Origin: an uncultured delta proteobacterium
Lineage (GTDB): Bacteria > Desulfobacterota > DSM-4660 > Desulfatiglandales > HGW-15
Length of the DNA stretch: 64,000 nucleotides
NCBI GenBank assembly: GCA_963702565.1
Contig: CAVPDE010000001.1
Span: 6,104 to 70,103 of the forward strand
Direction: 5' to 3'
Every line of letters starts with the position of its first letter. Within the stretch, counting starts at the first letter, position 1. The position numbers and the translations under genes were made by a program. Positions 44,846 to 52,966 of the stretch are shown here, in pieces. The notes below the pieces were generated by a model that saw only the letters and a program-made list of their open reading frames with translations, had not been told where the DNA came from and searched no databases.

Positions 44846-45832
44846 ATGGCTTCACAAAAAACCAAATTCGTCGTCGGCCTGTTTCTTGTTTGCGGGATCG
44901 GGATCGCCCTTCTCGCTTTCATCTGGCTCGGGATGTCCCGATATTTCGAGAAAGGCCGGTTCTACGTCACCTACTTCAACGAATCCGTGCAAGGCCTGGA
45001 CAAGGATTCCCCGGTCAAGTACAGGGGCGTGTCCGTGGGCCGCGTCCACAGCATCAGCGTGGCTCCGGACTCCAAGCTGGTGAAGGTGGTTCTGAAGATC
45101 GAAACCGTAATGGGGCTCGATACGAACATGGTCGCCCAGTTGAGGTCCGTGGGCATCACCGGAAGCGTTTTCATCGAGCTCGATCAAAAAAAGCGGGACG
45201 AGCCGGACCGCTCGCCTCCGCTCAGTTTCCCTTCCGAATACCCCATTGTCGCCTCCAAGCCGTCGGAGCTCGGGGAGATCCTGCGCGGCATTGACGACAT
45301 TCTGAACAAGATCAAGGCCGTCGACCTGGAAGGGATCTCTGCGAAAGTGAAGTCCAACCTGGATACCATTGAAACGGCGGTTCAGGAGGCCAATGTGAAA
45401 GGACTGTCCAGAAAGGTCGAGCGATCTCTGGATCAGCTCAATCAAATCCTGGACGGGCAGCAGTGGGACAAGATCATGGCCTCCACCCAGGAAACAATTC
45501 GGGCAGCCAATGAATTCTTCGTGAGGGGCAATGCCACCTTGACTCATGCGGAAAACGCTTTCGCCCAAGCCCGGGGGATCATCGCCGACAAAGAGCAAGC
45601 CATCCGGGAGGCTCTGGAAAACATCAACAAGGTCATTGAGAAGAGCGCTTCTTTAACCACGGGAGCGGATGAAACCTTCTCCCACATGAGACAAAACCTC
45701 CTGGTGTCGGCGCAGAACCTTGAAAGGGCCAGTGAAAACCTCAACCGGTTCCTGGAGGTTCTGGCCGATCAACCCTCCCAGCTCGTTTTCGGAGAGCCCT
45801 TGCCTCGCCGTGAGATGGACCCTGAATTCTGA
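44846..45832 (+). CDS. mlaD: MCE/MlaD-family substrate-binding protein
   Basis: N-terminal TM anchor plus MCE domain (VQGLDKDSPVKYRGVSVGRV), with a long helical C-terminus. Confidence 0.8.
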   Translation: MASQKTKFVVGLFLVCGIGIALLAFIWLGMSRYFEKGRFYVTYFNESVQGLDKDSPVKYRGVSVGRVHSISVAPDSKLVKVVLKIETVMGLDTNMVAQLRSVGITGSVFIELDQKKRDEPDRSPPLSFPSEYPIVASKPSELGEILRGIDDILNKIKAVDLEGISAKVKSNLDTIETAVQEANVKGLSRKVERSLDQLNQILDGQQWDKIMASTQETIRAANEFFVRGNATLTHAENAFAQARGIIADKEQAIREALENINKVIEKSASLTTGADETFSHMRQNLLVSAQNLERASENLNRFLEVLADQPSQLVFGEPLPRREMDPEF

Positions 45833-45847
45833 TCAAGGAGATTGACC

Positions 45848-46465
45848 ATGACCCGCACACAACGATCGCTCATCTTCCTGGTTCTCCTGTCCTGCTGCGC
45901 CTGTTCAAGCCTGAAACAGCCCGGCCAGAAGGTCGACTATTTCACCCTGGAATATGAGCCGCCCCAGGTTCAGGGGCTCACGGCGCTGCCTTTCGTCCTG
46001 AGGATAGAACGATTCAGTGTGTCACCCCTTTACAACACCCATCAGATCATCTACCGGGATCGGTCGTTCAGACGAGAAGCCTACCCTTACGAGAAGTGGC
46101 GTGCCGCTCCGGGCGAACTGGTCACCTATTACCTTTCGAGAGATTTCAAGCACGCCGGCCTGTTCAAAGCCGTGGCTCCCTACGAGAGCAGGGTCGAGCC
46201 TTCCCTGATCATGGAAGGATCTGTGGATGAGTTTTTCGAATGGGACTCGGAGGACGGATGGAAAGCCGTGCTGACCGTGAGCACGGTTCTTTTGTCTCAC
46301 CCTCAGCCCGACCTGAGCAAACGGATTATTTTCCAGAAGACTTTTCATGCGGTGAAGCCTTGCAAGAAGAGAAACGTCGCAAGCCTTTCCGAAGCCATGA
46401 GCGAGGCGATGGCCGAGGTTTCCGCTCAAGTGATCCGGGCGACCTATCAGCATCTGGTGAAGTGA
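45848..46465 (+). CDS. ABC-transport auxiliary lipoprotein (DUF330/PqiC-like)
   Basis: Lipobox LLSCCAC. Its position directly after the MCE gene is typical for this family. The ATG at 45848 follows aggag. Confidence 0.6.
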   Translation: MTRTQRSLIFLVLLSCCACSSLKQPGQKVDYFTLEYEPPQVQGLTALPFVLRIERFSVSPLYNTHQIIYRDRSFRREAYPYEKWRAAPGELVTYYLSRDFKHAGLFKAVAPYESRVEPSLIMEGSVDEFFEWDSEDGWKAVLTVSTVLLSHPQPDLSKRIIFQKTFHAVKPCKKRNVASLSEAMSEAMAEVSAQVIRATYQHLVK

Positions 46466-46505
46466 AGCAAAGAGCATGGAGCTAAGAGCGAGGAGATCAC
46501 CCTTC

Positions 46506-47387
46506 ATGGAACCGGAACTTATAGAGATCAAGCAGGACCGGCCGGGGTTTGATCGCTTTATCGGATCGTGGTTGTGTCCGTTCGACAAAATCATGGTCAT
46601 CGATGTCGGACCTTCCCGATCCTTGCCGAAACTCATCGCCGCCCTCACCGCCAGGGGTGTTCACCGAGTGGACTATGTTCTCCTCACCCACATCCACATG
46701 GATCACGCAGGAGGACTGGCGGAATTCCTCGATCACTTTCCCATGGCTCGCGCCGTGTGCCACAGCAAAGCGATCTCTCACCTCCTGGACCCCTCCAAGC
46801 TCTGGCTGGGGAGTCAAAAGACCCTGGGAGATCTGGCGGAGGCCTATGGCCCCATCAAGCCGGTCAAAAGAGAACGCCTCATTCCGCACACCGAAGCGCA
46901 GGCCGAAGGCATCGACCTCATCGAGACTCCCGGCCATGCGGTTCACCATCTCAGTTACATTGTCAGGGGAAACCTCTTTGCAGGCGAGGCGGGCGGCATT
47001 TACGTCAGAGGGGAAGGCTGGGAGTATCTGCGACCCGCGACCCCTCCTGTCTTCTTTCTGAAGCAATTTCTTGAAAGCATGGATCGCCTCCTGAACGCGA
47101 GGGATCTGACCATGTGCTACGCGCATTTCGGCAGAGCGGACAGTTCGCACCACATGCTACAAAGAGCACGGGCGCAACTCCTTTTCTGGGAGCGGATCAT
47201 CCGGGAAGAGATGGCCAAGGGCGATCCGCTTCTGATGGAACGATGCATGGCTAAGCTCCTGGGTGAAGACCAGGAGCTCACCGCTTTTCAAGCCATGTCT
47301 TCTGCGGACCAAGACAGAGAAAGATTCTTCATGGGAAATTCGATCAACGGTTACCTGGGGTTTCTCCAGGAAAACCCTAATCCATGA
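46506..47387 (+). CDS. MBL-fold metallo-hydrolase
   Basis: HIHMDHAGG motif plus downstream TPGHAVHH. The ATG at 46506 has an upstream aggag. Confidence 0.75.
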   Translation: MEPELIEIKQDRPGFDRFIGSWLCPFDKIMVIDVGPSRSLPKLIAALTARGVHRVDYVLLTHIHMDHAGGLAEFLDHFPMARAVCHSKAISHLLDPSKLWLGSQKTLGDLAEAYGPIKPVKRERLIPHTEAQAEGIDLIETPGHAVHHLSYIVRGNLFAGEAGGIYVRGEGWEYLRPATPPVFFLKQFLESMDRLLNARDLTMCYAHFGRADSSHHMLQRARAQLLFWERIIREEMAKGDPLLMERCMAKLLGEDQELTAFQAMSSADQDRERFFMGNSINGYLGFLQENPNP

Positions 47388-47439
47388 GAAGCCTCCCCGT
47401 CATCACCGGGCCCCAGGCGCCGCCTGGCGGTTCCGGGGA

Positions 47440-48123
47440 TCACGCCACTTTCTGCAGAAGGCCTCTTGCCCGGTCCCGCAGCTTTCTGACGGTTCTTTCC
47501 GCCAAGCTTCGGTTCTGATACCGGCGCAGGTCTTCAGGGTCTACGGCCTCCGGGCAGTGCCTGAGCTGGAGCTTGATGACCGCGTGGCGGTCATCGACGA
47601 GAAACCTTCTGTAAATCAGACGGGCCGGGAAAAATCTGAACTCCCGTTCCAGAATAGCCGCAGACCAGTCGATAAGGTAAGGGCTTCCGTCTTCCCCCAC
47701 CAGGACATTGGCCGCTCTCTTGAGATCGCAGTGACACAGGCCTCTTCGGTGAACCCGCTCTACAAGGTCGCGCAAGGTTTCAAAGAATTGGACCGGAAGT
47801 CTCTCCGTCTTCTCAAGTCCTTCGATGCTCCTGCCCTGGATTTCCTCAAGGACCAGCGCAAGGCCTCCCACAACGCCATAAAGCGCAGGCACGCCCTTCA
47901 GTCCCTTGAGCCTCCGGTAGGCTTTCTTTTCTCTCCAGATCAGGAAGCGGCCGATGAGATTTCTGAACACCCGGCCATTGACGCTGAAATCCTTGACGAC
48001 CGCTCGGGCATCGCCTTCTTCGATCCGGTACAGAGCCGGCCTTGTGGAAGACGGCTTCCGGAGGGTGGCAGTTTTGTTTTCTGTAAGATCCAGGAGTGTT
48101 AGGGACTCAACCTTGAGATTCAT
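47440..48123 (-). CDS. Protein-kinase-like fold protein (Kdo/WaaP/RIO-type)
   Basis: Catalytic-loop-like CHCDLKRAANVLV and YLIDWSAA. Confidence 0.6.
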   Translation of the reverse strand: MNLKVESLTLLDLTENKTATLRKPSSTRPALYRIEEGDARAVVKDFSVNGRVFRNLIGRFLIWREKKAYRRLKGLKGVPALYGVVGGLALVLEEIQGRSIEGLEKTERLPVQFFETLRDLVERVHRRGLCHCDLKRAANVLVGEDGSPYLIDWSAAILEREFRFFPARLIYRRFLVDDRHAVIKLQLRHCPEAVDPEDLRRYQNRSLAERTVRKLRDRARGLLQKVA

Positions 48124-48787
48124 TCTTGAAGGCCTGCGACTTCTCCTTTACCCTTTCCTGCAACCACCGACACCAGTTTCCCAACCCCTCTCCGGTCTTG
48201 CAGGAGATCTGAAAGATGACCAGGTCCGGATTGATGTTCAAGGAGTCCTTCATGATCTTCTCCACGCTGCAATCCACATAGGGGAGGAGATCGATCTTGT
48301 TGATCAGGAGCACCTTGGACTCGTGGAACATGAGAGGGTACTTGGACGGCTTGTCATCCCCTTCCGCAACGCTCAGAATCATCACCTTGAAGTCCTCCCC
48401 CACTTTGAATTCCGCGGGGCAGACCAGGTTTCCGACGTTCTCGACCACCAGAAGATCCAATCGGTTGAAATCGAACTCAGGAAAAGTCTCCCGGATCATG
48501 TTCCCGTCCAGGTGGCATGCCCCTCCCGTGTTGATCTGCACCGCGGGAACGCCCTTTCGGGCAATCCTTTCTGCATCGCTCGTGGACTGAATGTCTCCTT
48601 CGATCACACCGATGCGAAGGTCCTTTTTCAGGGCATCAATGGTTTTTTCCAGGAGGCTCGTTTTTCCGGCACCCGGGGAGCTCATGAGATTGATGACCAG
48701 AAGATGATGCTGCTGAAACAGCGCCTTGTTCTGTTCAGCGATCCGCTCGTTCGCTTCCAGGATATTCCTCACTACAGAAACTTTCAT
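48107..48787 (-). CDS. hypB: Hydrogenase nickel-incorporation GTPase HypB
   Basis: P-loop SSPGAGKTSLLEK, CH motif GGACHLD, ENVGNLVCP and NKIDLL. The ATG at 48787 follows ggaggg, and the Arg-rich extension to 48925 is judged non-coding. Confidence 0.88.
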   Translation of the reverse strand: MKVSVVRNILEANERIAEQNKALFQQHHLLVINLMSSPGAGKTSLLEKTIDALKKDLRIGVIEGDIQSTSDAERIARKGVPAVQINTGGACHLDGNMIRETFPEFDFNRLDLLVVENVGNLVCPAEFKVGEDFKVMILSVAEGDDKPSKYPLMFHESKVLLINKIDLLPYVDCSVEKIMKDSLNINPDLVIFQISCKTGEGLGNWCRWLQERVKEKSQAFKNESQG

Positions 48788-48921
48788 TAAATCCCTCCAC
48801 CAAATCGTTGACAGCTTGCCCGCCCTCCAGAGGCGAGTAACCCTCTGGCGGGTCACCGTCACTGTTGACCGCGCACCGTTTACTGATCTGACTGGCTTCT
48901 TCTTCTGTCTTCTCTCTTTTC

Positions 48922-49263
48922 TCACTCCACCTCCATCTCGACGATGGATAACTCCTGGCCTTCGATCGTTTCAATCGCTGTGCTGGCGCAGGTCGGGCAG
49001 ACAAAGACAAAGTCCTTGATATCGAAGGCCTCGTCACACTGGGCGCAGTACCCTTTGAGGGCAATCCGGTCCATCAGGAGTTTAGCCCCTTCGAGAGGAG
49101 TCCCCTGGATGATAATTTCAAAACAGAAGGACAAAGACTCCGGCACAATAGCGGACATCTCTCCGATGCTCAAACGCACAGAGCGGAGCGTCGTAGCCCC
49201 ATGCTTTGACATCTCCTCCTGGAGAATGCTGACCAGACTCTGCGCAATAGACATTTCATGCAT
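48922..49263 (-). CDS. hypA: Hydrogenase maturation nickel metallochaperone HypA
   Basis: N-terminal MHEMSIAQSL and a zinc site CAQC..CPTC. Confidence 0.9.
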   Translation of the reverse strand: MHEMSIAQSLVSILQEEMSKHGATTLRSVRLSIGEMSAIVPESLSFCFEIIIQGTPLEGAKLLMDRIALKGYCAQCDEAFDIKDFVFVCPTCASTAIETIEGQELSIVEMEVE

Positions 49264-49282
49264 ATTTAGGCACTCAACACCT

Positions 49283-49406
49283 TGGAGTAACGGAGCATTG
49301 GAGTCCTGGAGTGTTGGAGTATTGGAGTTATGGAGTGCTGCGATAACTCCTTTTTAGCGGCCTCCTTTTCATTTCTCCATTACTCCAGTACTCCAACACT
49401 CCATTC
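49283..49406. repeat. Seven direct 8-bp TGGAGTNN units followed by four inverted CTCCANNA units (long imperfect hairpin)
   Basis: TGGAGTAA CGGAGCAT TGGAGTCC TGGAGTGT TGGAGTAT TGGAGTTA TGGAGTGC (49283-49338), then CTCCATTA CTCCAGTA CTCCAACA CTCCATTC (49375-49406). The ~29-nt arms are complementary with 3 mismatches. Confidence 0.85.
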
Positions 49407-49544
49407 TTGATTTCGTCCACCTTCACGCTTTTTTTCGTGCTTTCCTTATTTCGTGTTTTCGTGGTTGCTGTTTTGCCTTTTCATCCTGTCTTCTGTCTAC
49501 TGTCTTCTGTATTCTTACAATTTTGACACTTTAGGCACTTCTTC

Positions 49545-50501
49545 TCACCCTTGCGTCAACGCCACGGTCAGGGAATTCATCTTCTGCCTGGCATCATTGA
49601 AGATGCCTGAGAGATTCAAGGAATGGTTTGCGAAAATGCTGTCCGGGTCCCCGTTGAAAACGATCAGGGGCTCGAAATGGCATCGGCCGAGAATCTCCAG
49701 GATCTTGTCCACGAGGGTCACGGAGTTCTTGTCCATGAGAACTTCGTGGAAGTCCACCCGAATCGCCCGGAAGGACTCATGCAGTGCATACGCCACACCC
49801 TGGGCGTAGTAAAAGTTGTCATCGATCTGGCGCCATGGAATATCGATGTCCACGCTTGGAGCCGGCGATGCCTTATCCTTTTGCTCCTCGATGCTTAGAG
49901 TGGATTTCATATCTCGTGGTGCATTGATCAACCGGGTGTTCACTCCGCCCATAAGGGACAGATATTGGTTGAGGAGTTCTGTCAGGTTGTCGGCCCTGGC
50001 ATAGAAATGCGACTTCCCTGCCGCGAGATTCTGGCTGTAGGTCTCCAGCTGCGTGAGGGCCGATTTCCATTTGCTTTCCGCAGAAGGGAACCACCACTTG
50101 AAGGGGTCATTGGACAGGTTCGTGAAAGCGGCTTCCGCGCTCGGATCCAGCCGGTCTGTGGTTCGCATGCGAGAGAGGTTGTCCCTCACCACCCTCACAT
50201 TGTAGCGGACCACCTCGAGCACACCCAACTGAAAATTGGGCATGTTGTCCAGAAAAGCCGTGGGCCAGAACAGATCGTTGGGCAGCCAGTTGTCAGCCAT
50301 CTCCTTGACCAGGATCTCATTGACCTTGATGAAGTGAGCTCCCTTGACCTTCTTGTCCAGCCCCTCTAAGGTTTGATACTGGGGCTTTCTGGAGTTGATC
50401 ACCATGACCACCACACAGAAAACGACAAGGAGGAGGAGCACCAAAACTCCGATGCGGCCGCGTCCTCTCATGTGAGATTCATCCTGTTTCATTTCTTGCA
50501 T
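49545..50501 (-). CDS. DUF2333-family membrane-anchored protein
   Basis: 318-aa ORF with one N-terminal TM helix and a family-like pattern (WLPNDLFWP, FYARADNL). Confidence 0.6.
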   Translation of the reverse strand: MQEMKQDESHMRGRGRIGVLVLLLLVVFCVVVMVINSRKPQYQTLEGLDKKVKGAHFIKVNEILVKEMADNWLPNDLFWPTAFLDNMPNFQLGVLEVVRYNVRVVRDNLSRMRTTDRLDPSAEAAFTNLSNDPFKWWFPSAESKWKSALTQLETYSQNLAAGKSHFYARADNLTELLNQYLSLMGGVNTRLINAPRDMKSTLSIEEQKDKASPAPSVDIDIPWRQIDDNFYYAQGVAYALHESFRAIRVDFHEVLMDKNSVTLVDKILEILGRCHFEPLIVFNGDPDSIFANHSLNLSGIFNDARQKMNSLTVALTQG

Positions 50502-50700
50502 TTCTCATCTCCTTCGGCTTTCGTTCAAAAAAGAGGGGGATCTCCTGCCGGTGCAAGGATCGTCGATGCAATCATACGGGCAAGCTCAAAGCATTGTCAA
50601 CCCGAGATTCCGCAGACTTACGGCCTGAAAAAGATTGACACCACCCCCTCTTTATCCTAGTTTTGATGGCTGGCCTTCTCATTTCATCGGAGGTTTGAAA

Positions 50701-51186
50701 ATGGCTGAGAATCTTCTGAAAGGCAAAACCGTTCTGATCGTGGATGATGAGCGTGACATCCTTGAAACTCTCGAAGATCTGCTTCCCATGTGCGAGGTGG
50801 TGAAAGCTTCTACCTTTGAAGAGGGCAAGCTGGCGCTGGAAACCCAGGCTTTGGACATAGCGGTTCTGGATATCATGGGCGTGGATGGCTACAAGCTGCT
50901 CGATATTGCACGAAATAGAAAAGTGGTCCCTGTGATGCTCACCGCTCACGCTTTGAGCCCTGACCACACGATCAGTTCCTACAGGAGGGGAGCCGCCCTC
51001 TATGTGCCTAAGGACAAGATTGCAAACATCCCAGAGTATCTCAATGACGTGTTGCAGGCGATCAAGGCAGGGAAAAGCACCTGGTGGCGTTGGCTTGATA
51101 AATTCGAGTCCTATTACAACAAGAAATTCGAGGCGAAATGGAAGGACAAGGACGAGGAATTCTGGCGTTCTTTCCCTTACACTTGA
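50701..51186 (+). CDS. Single-domain response regulator (receiver) with a short Trp/Lys-rich tail
   Basis: KTVLIVDDERDIL..LDIAVLDIMGVDGY..PVMLTAHA. The ATG at 50701 follows ggaggtttgaaa. Confidence 0.8.
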   Translation: MAENLLKGKTVLIVDDERDILETLEDLLPMCEVVKASTFEEGKLALETQALDIAVLDIMGVDGYKLLDIARNRKVVPVMLTAHALSPDHTISSYRRGAALYVPKDKIANIPEYLNDVLQAIKAGKSTWWRWLDKFESYYNKKFEAKWKDKDEEFWRSFPYT

Positions 51187-52075
51187 GCCTCTGCTCCTTT
51201 CCGATCTTCAGACCGCTCGATTAGGCCAGGCCCCGAAAAAGGCTTTTTTTGAATTTCTTTAGATATTTCAACTATTCTCTTGCTTCCCCTAATGTTGTGT
51301 TCTAGGTTTCCTTGCGAAGGGCTCAACCTTCCTAGGGCTATCCCAAGACAAAGAGATCTGTTGTCGATATGCGCCATCCTTACCGAGCCACAACGAATTA
51401 CTTGGCCCTCTTGATCGGATTCCTCGGGATCGCCGCCTTGATCGTTCTGCTGATGCTCTGAACTCGTCCTCAAAGCCTCGCCCTGTTCTGTTCGGAGGCC
51501 ATCCTAGCTTCTCTCAAATAGACTTCTAATACCGGCCCTAACTGCATAGTAGACTGTGCAAAGGCGCACAATTCTAAGTGCATTCTTAAGGCTGCATGTT
51601 TGATGTTATGGGCAAGCGTTTGCATTCCCTCCGCTTCTCATGAGACACAACTCCAGCATCCCCTTAGGGAAAAAGGGTTGGTAGTTTCTTACCCATGTTT
51701 GCTCCAACACGCTGCACGTGCTGGCGTGTAAATTGCAGATTATTTGGATTAAACCTTTCGCGTAACCTACTGAGAGAGCTAAGAGAAGAAATTCTTTCGG
51801 CAAGAACAGCGTAGCTTCCAACCGTCAAAAAAACCTCAAGCGCTTTCGAATTTCTTTAAAAGGTAGAACGCCCTTTGGGTGGTGCTCGTATTGAATTTGC
51901 TTTGAGCGGTTTAGTCTATTGAAGCCTCCTGCACTACCGGAGGACCATGACGGCTCACAATGAAAGATCGTCGGCCGACGGGCCAGTGAGGACCGAAAAG
52001 TGGAGAACCGCAAGGGACTGGTTTCCGGAAAGCGACAATTAGATCTTTAATTTCACTGGAAAAGGAGGATTCATC

Positions 52076-52912
52076 ATGGCGACAGGAATGGCATTGACAC
52101 TTGGACTTAATTCGGTGAATCCGAAGCATTACGGAGGCTGGTCTGGAGAGCTGAGTGCCTGCGAGGCGGATGCTGAGGATATGGCCAGCATCGCCAAAGG
52201 GAATAAATTTAAAGTGACCATCCTAATGACCAAAGCGGCAACTCGTGCACGGATGGTGGCCGAAATCACAAAGGCAGCGCGTACGCTGAAATCCGGGGAC
52301 ATCTTCATGCTGAGTTATTCGGGGCACGGGGGCCAGCTGCCGGATATCAACGACGACGAGCCCGATGCAGAAGACGAGACATGGTGCCTCTATGACGGGG
52401 AATTTGTGGACGATGAACTCTATGTGCTGTGGAGGAAATTCGCTCCGGGGGTCCGGATCTTGATGTTCTCCGACAGTTGCCACAGCGGCACGGTTGCCAA
52501 ACTCGCCTATTACCAAGGGACCGTAAGCCTACGAGCTGGGGCCGTCGGCCCGAAGGAAGTGAAATACCGGGCCATGCCGCCCGATGTGGCCCTCCGCACC
52601 TACCGGAAGAACAAAGCCTTTTACGACAGGATTTTGAAAGCAAAAGTCCCCAAAGAAAAGCAGCCGACCGTCAAAGCGAGTATCCTGCTCATCTCAGGCT
52701 GCCAGGACAACCAGCTTTCGTCCGATGGGAATTTCAACGGGCTCTTTACGGCTCAACTCCTCAAGGTATGGAAGAACGGGTCCTTCAAAGGGAACTACAA
52801 AACCTTCTACAAGGAGATCCTCAAGCGGATGCCTCCCGACCAAACACCGAACTACTTCTGGGTAGGAGCCCCCAATCCCAAGTTCGAAAGCCAGAGGCCC
52901 TTCACGGTTTAA
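52076..52912 (+). CDS. Stand-alone caspase-like (peptidase C14) protease
   Basis: Catalytic His context FMLSYSGHGGQ and catalytic Cys context MFSDSCHSG. A strong SD aaggagg precedes the ATG. Confidence 0.8.
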   Translation: MATGMALTLGLNSVNPKHYGGWSGELSACEADAEDMASIAKGNKFKVTILMTKAATRARMVAEITKAARTLKSGDIFMLSYSGHGGQLPDINDDEPDAEDETWCLYDGEFVDDELYVLWRKFAPGVRILMFSDSCHSGTVAKLAYYQGTVSLRAGAVGPKEVKYRAMPPDVALRTYRKNKAFYDRILKAKVPKEKQPTVKASILLISGCQDNQLSSDGNFNGLFTAQLLKVWKNGSFKGNYKTFYKEILKRMPPDQTPNYFWVGAPNPKFESQRPFTV

Positions 52913-52966
52913 ACGGATTTCCGGGTCCGACGCGTTGGCCATGAGCAGAGAGAAGGAGGATGAGCA

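Noticed and set aside
48788-48925. N-terminal extension of HypB (ORF call 48107..48925).
   Set aside because: The extension is Arg/Lys-rich (MRKERRQKKKPVRS..) and unlike HypB His-rich leaders. The internal ATG at 48787 has a good SD (ggaggg) and matches the conserved HypB start region.
49283-49406. Possible CRISPR array, given the regularly spaced repeats.
   Set aside because: The units are only 8 bp, directly abutting with no spacers, and no cas genes are present. The same applies to the other word arrays (12954-13049, 17941-18057, 43877-44058).
51187-51260. Rho-independent terminator after the response regulator (T7 run at ~51245).
   Set aside because: Only a 3-6 bp AT-rich stem can be drawn before the T-run, which is too weak to call.
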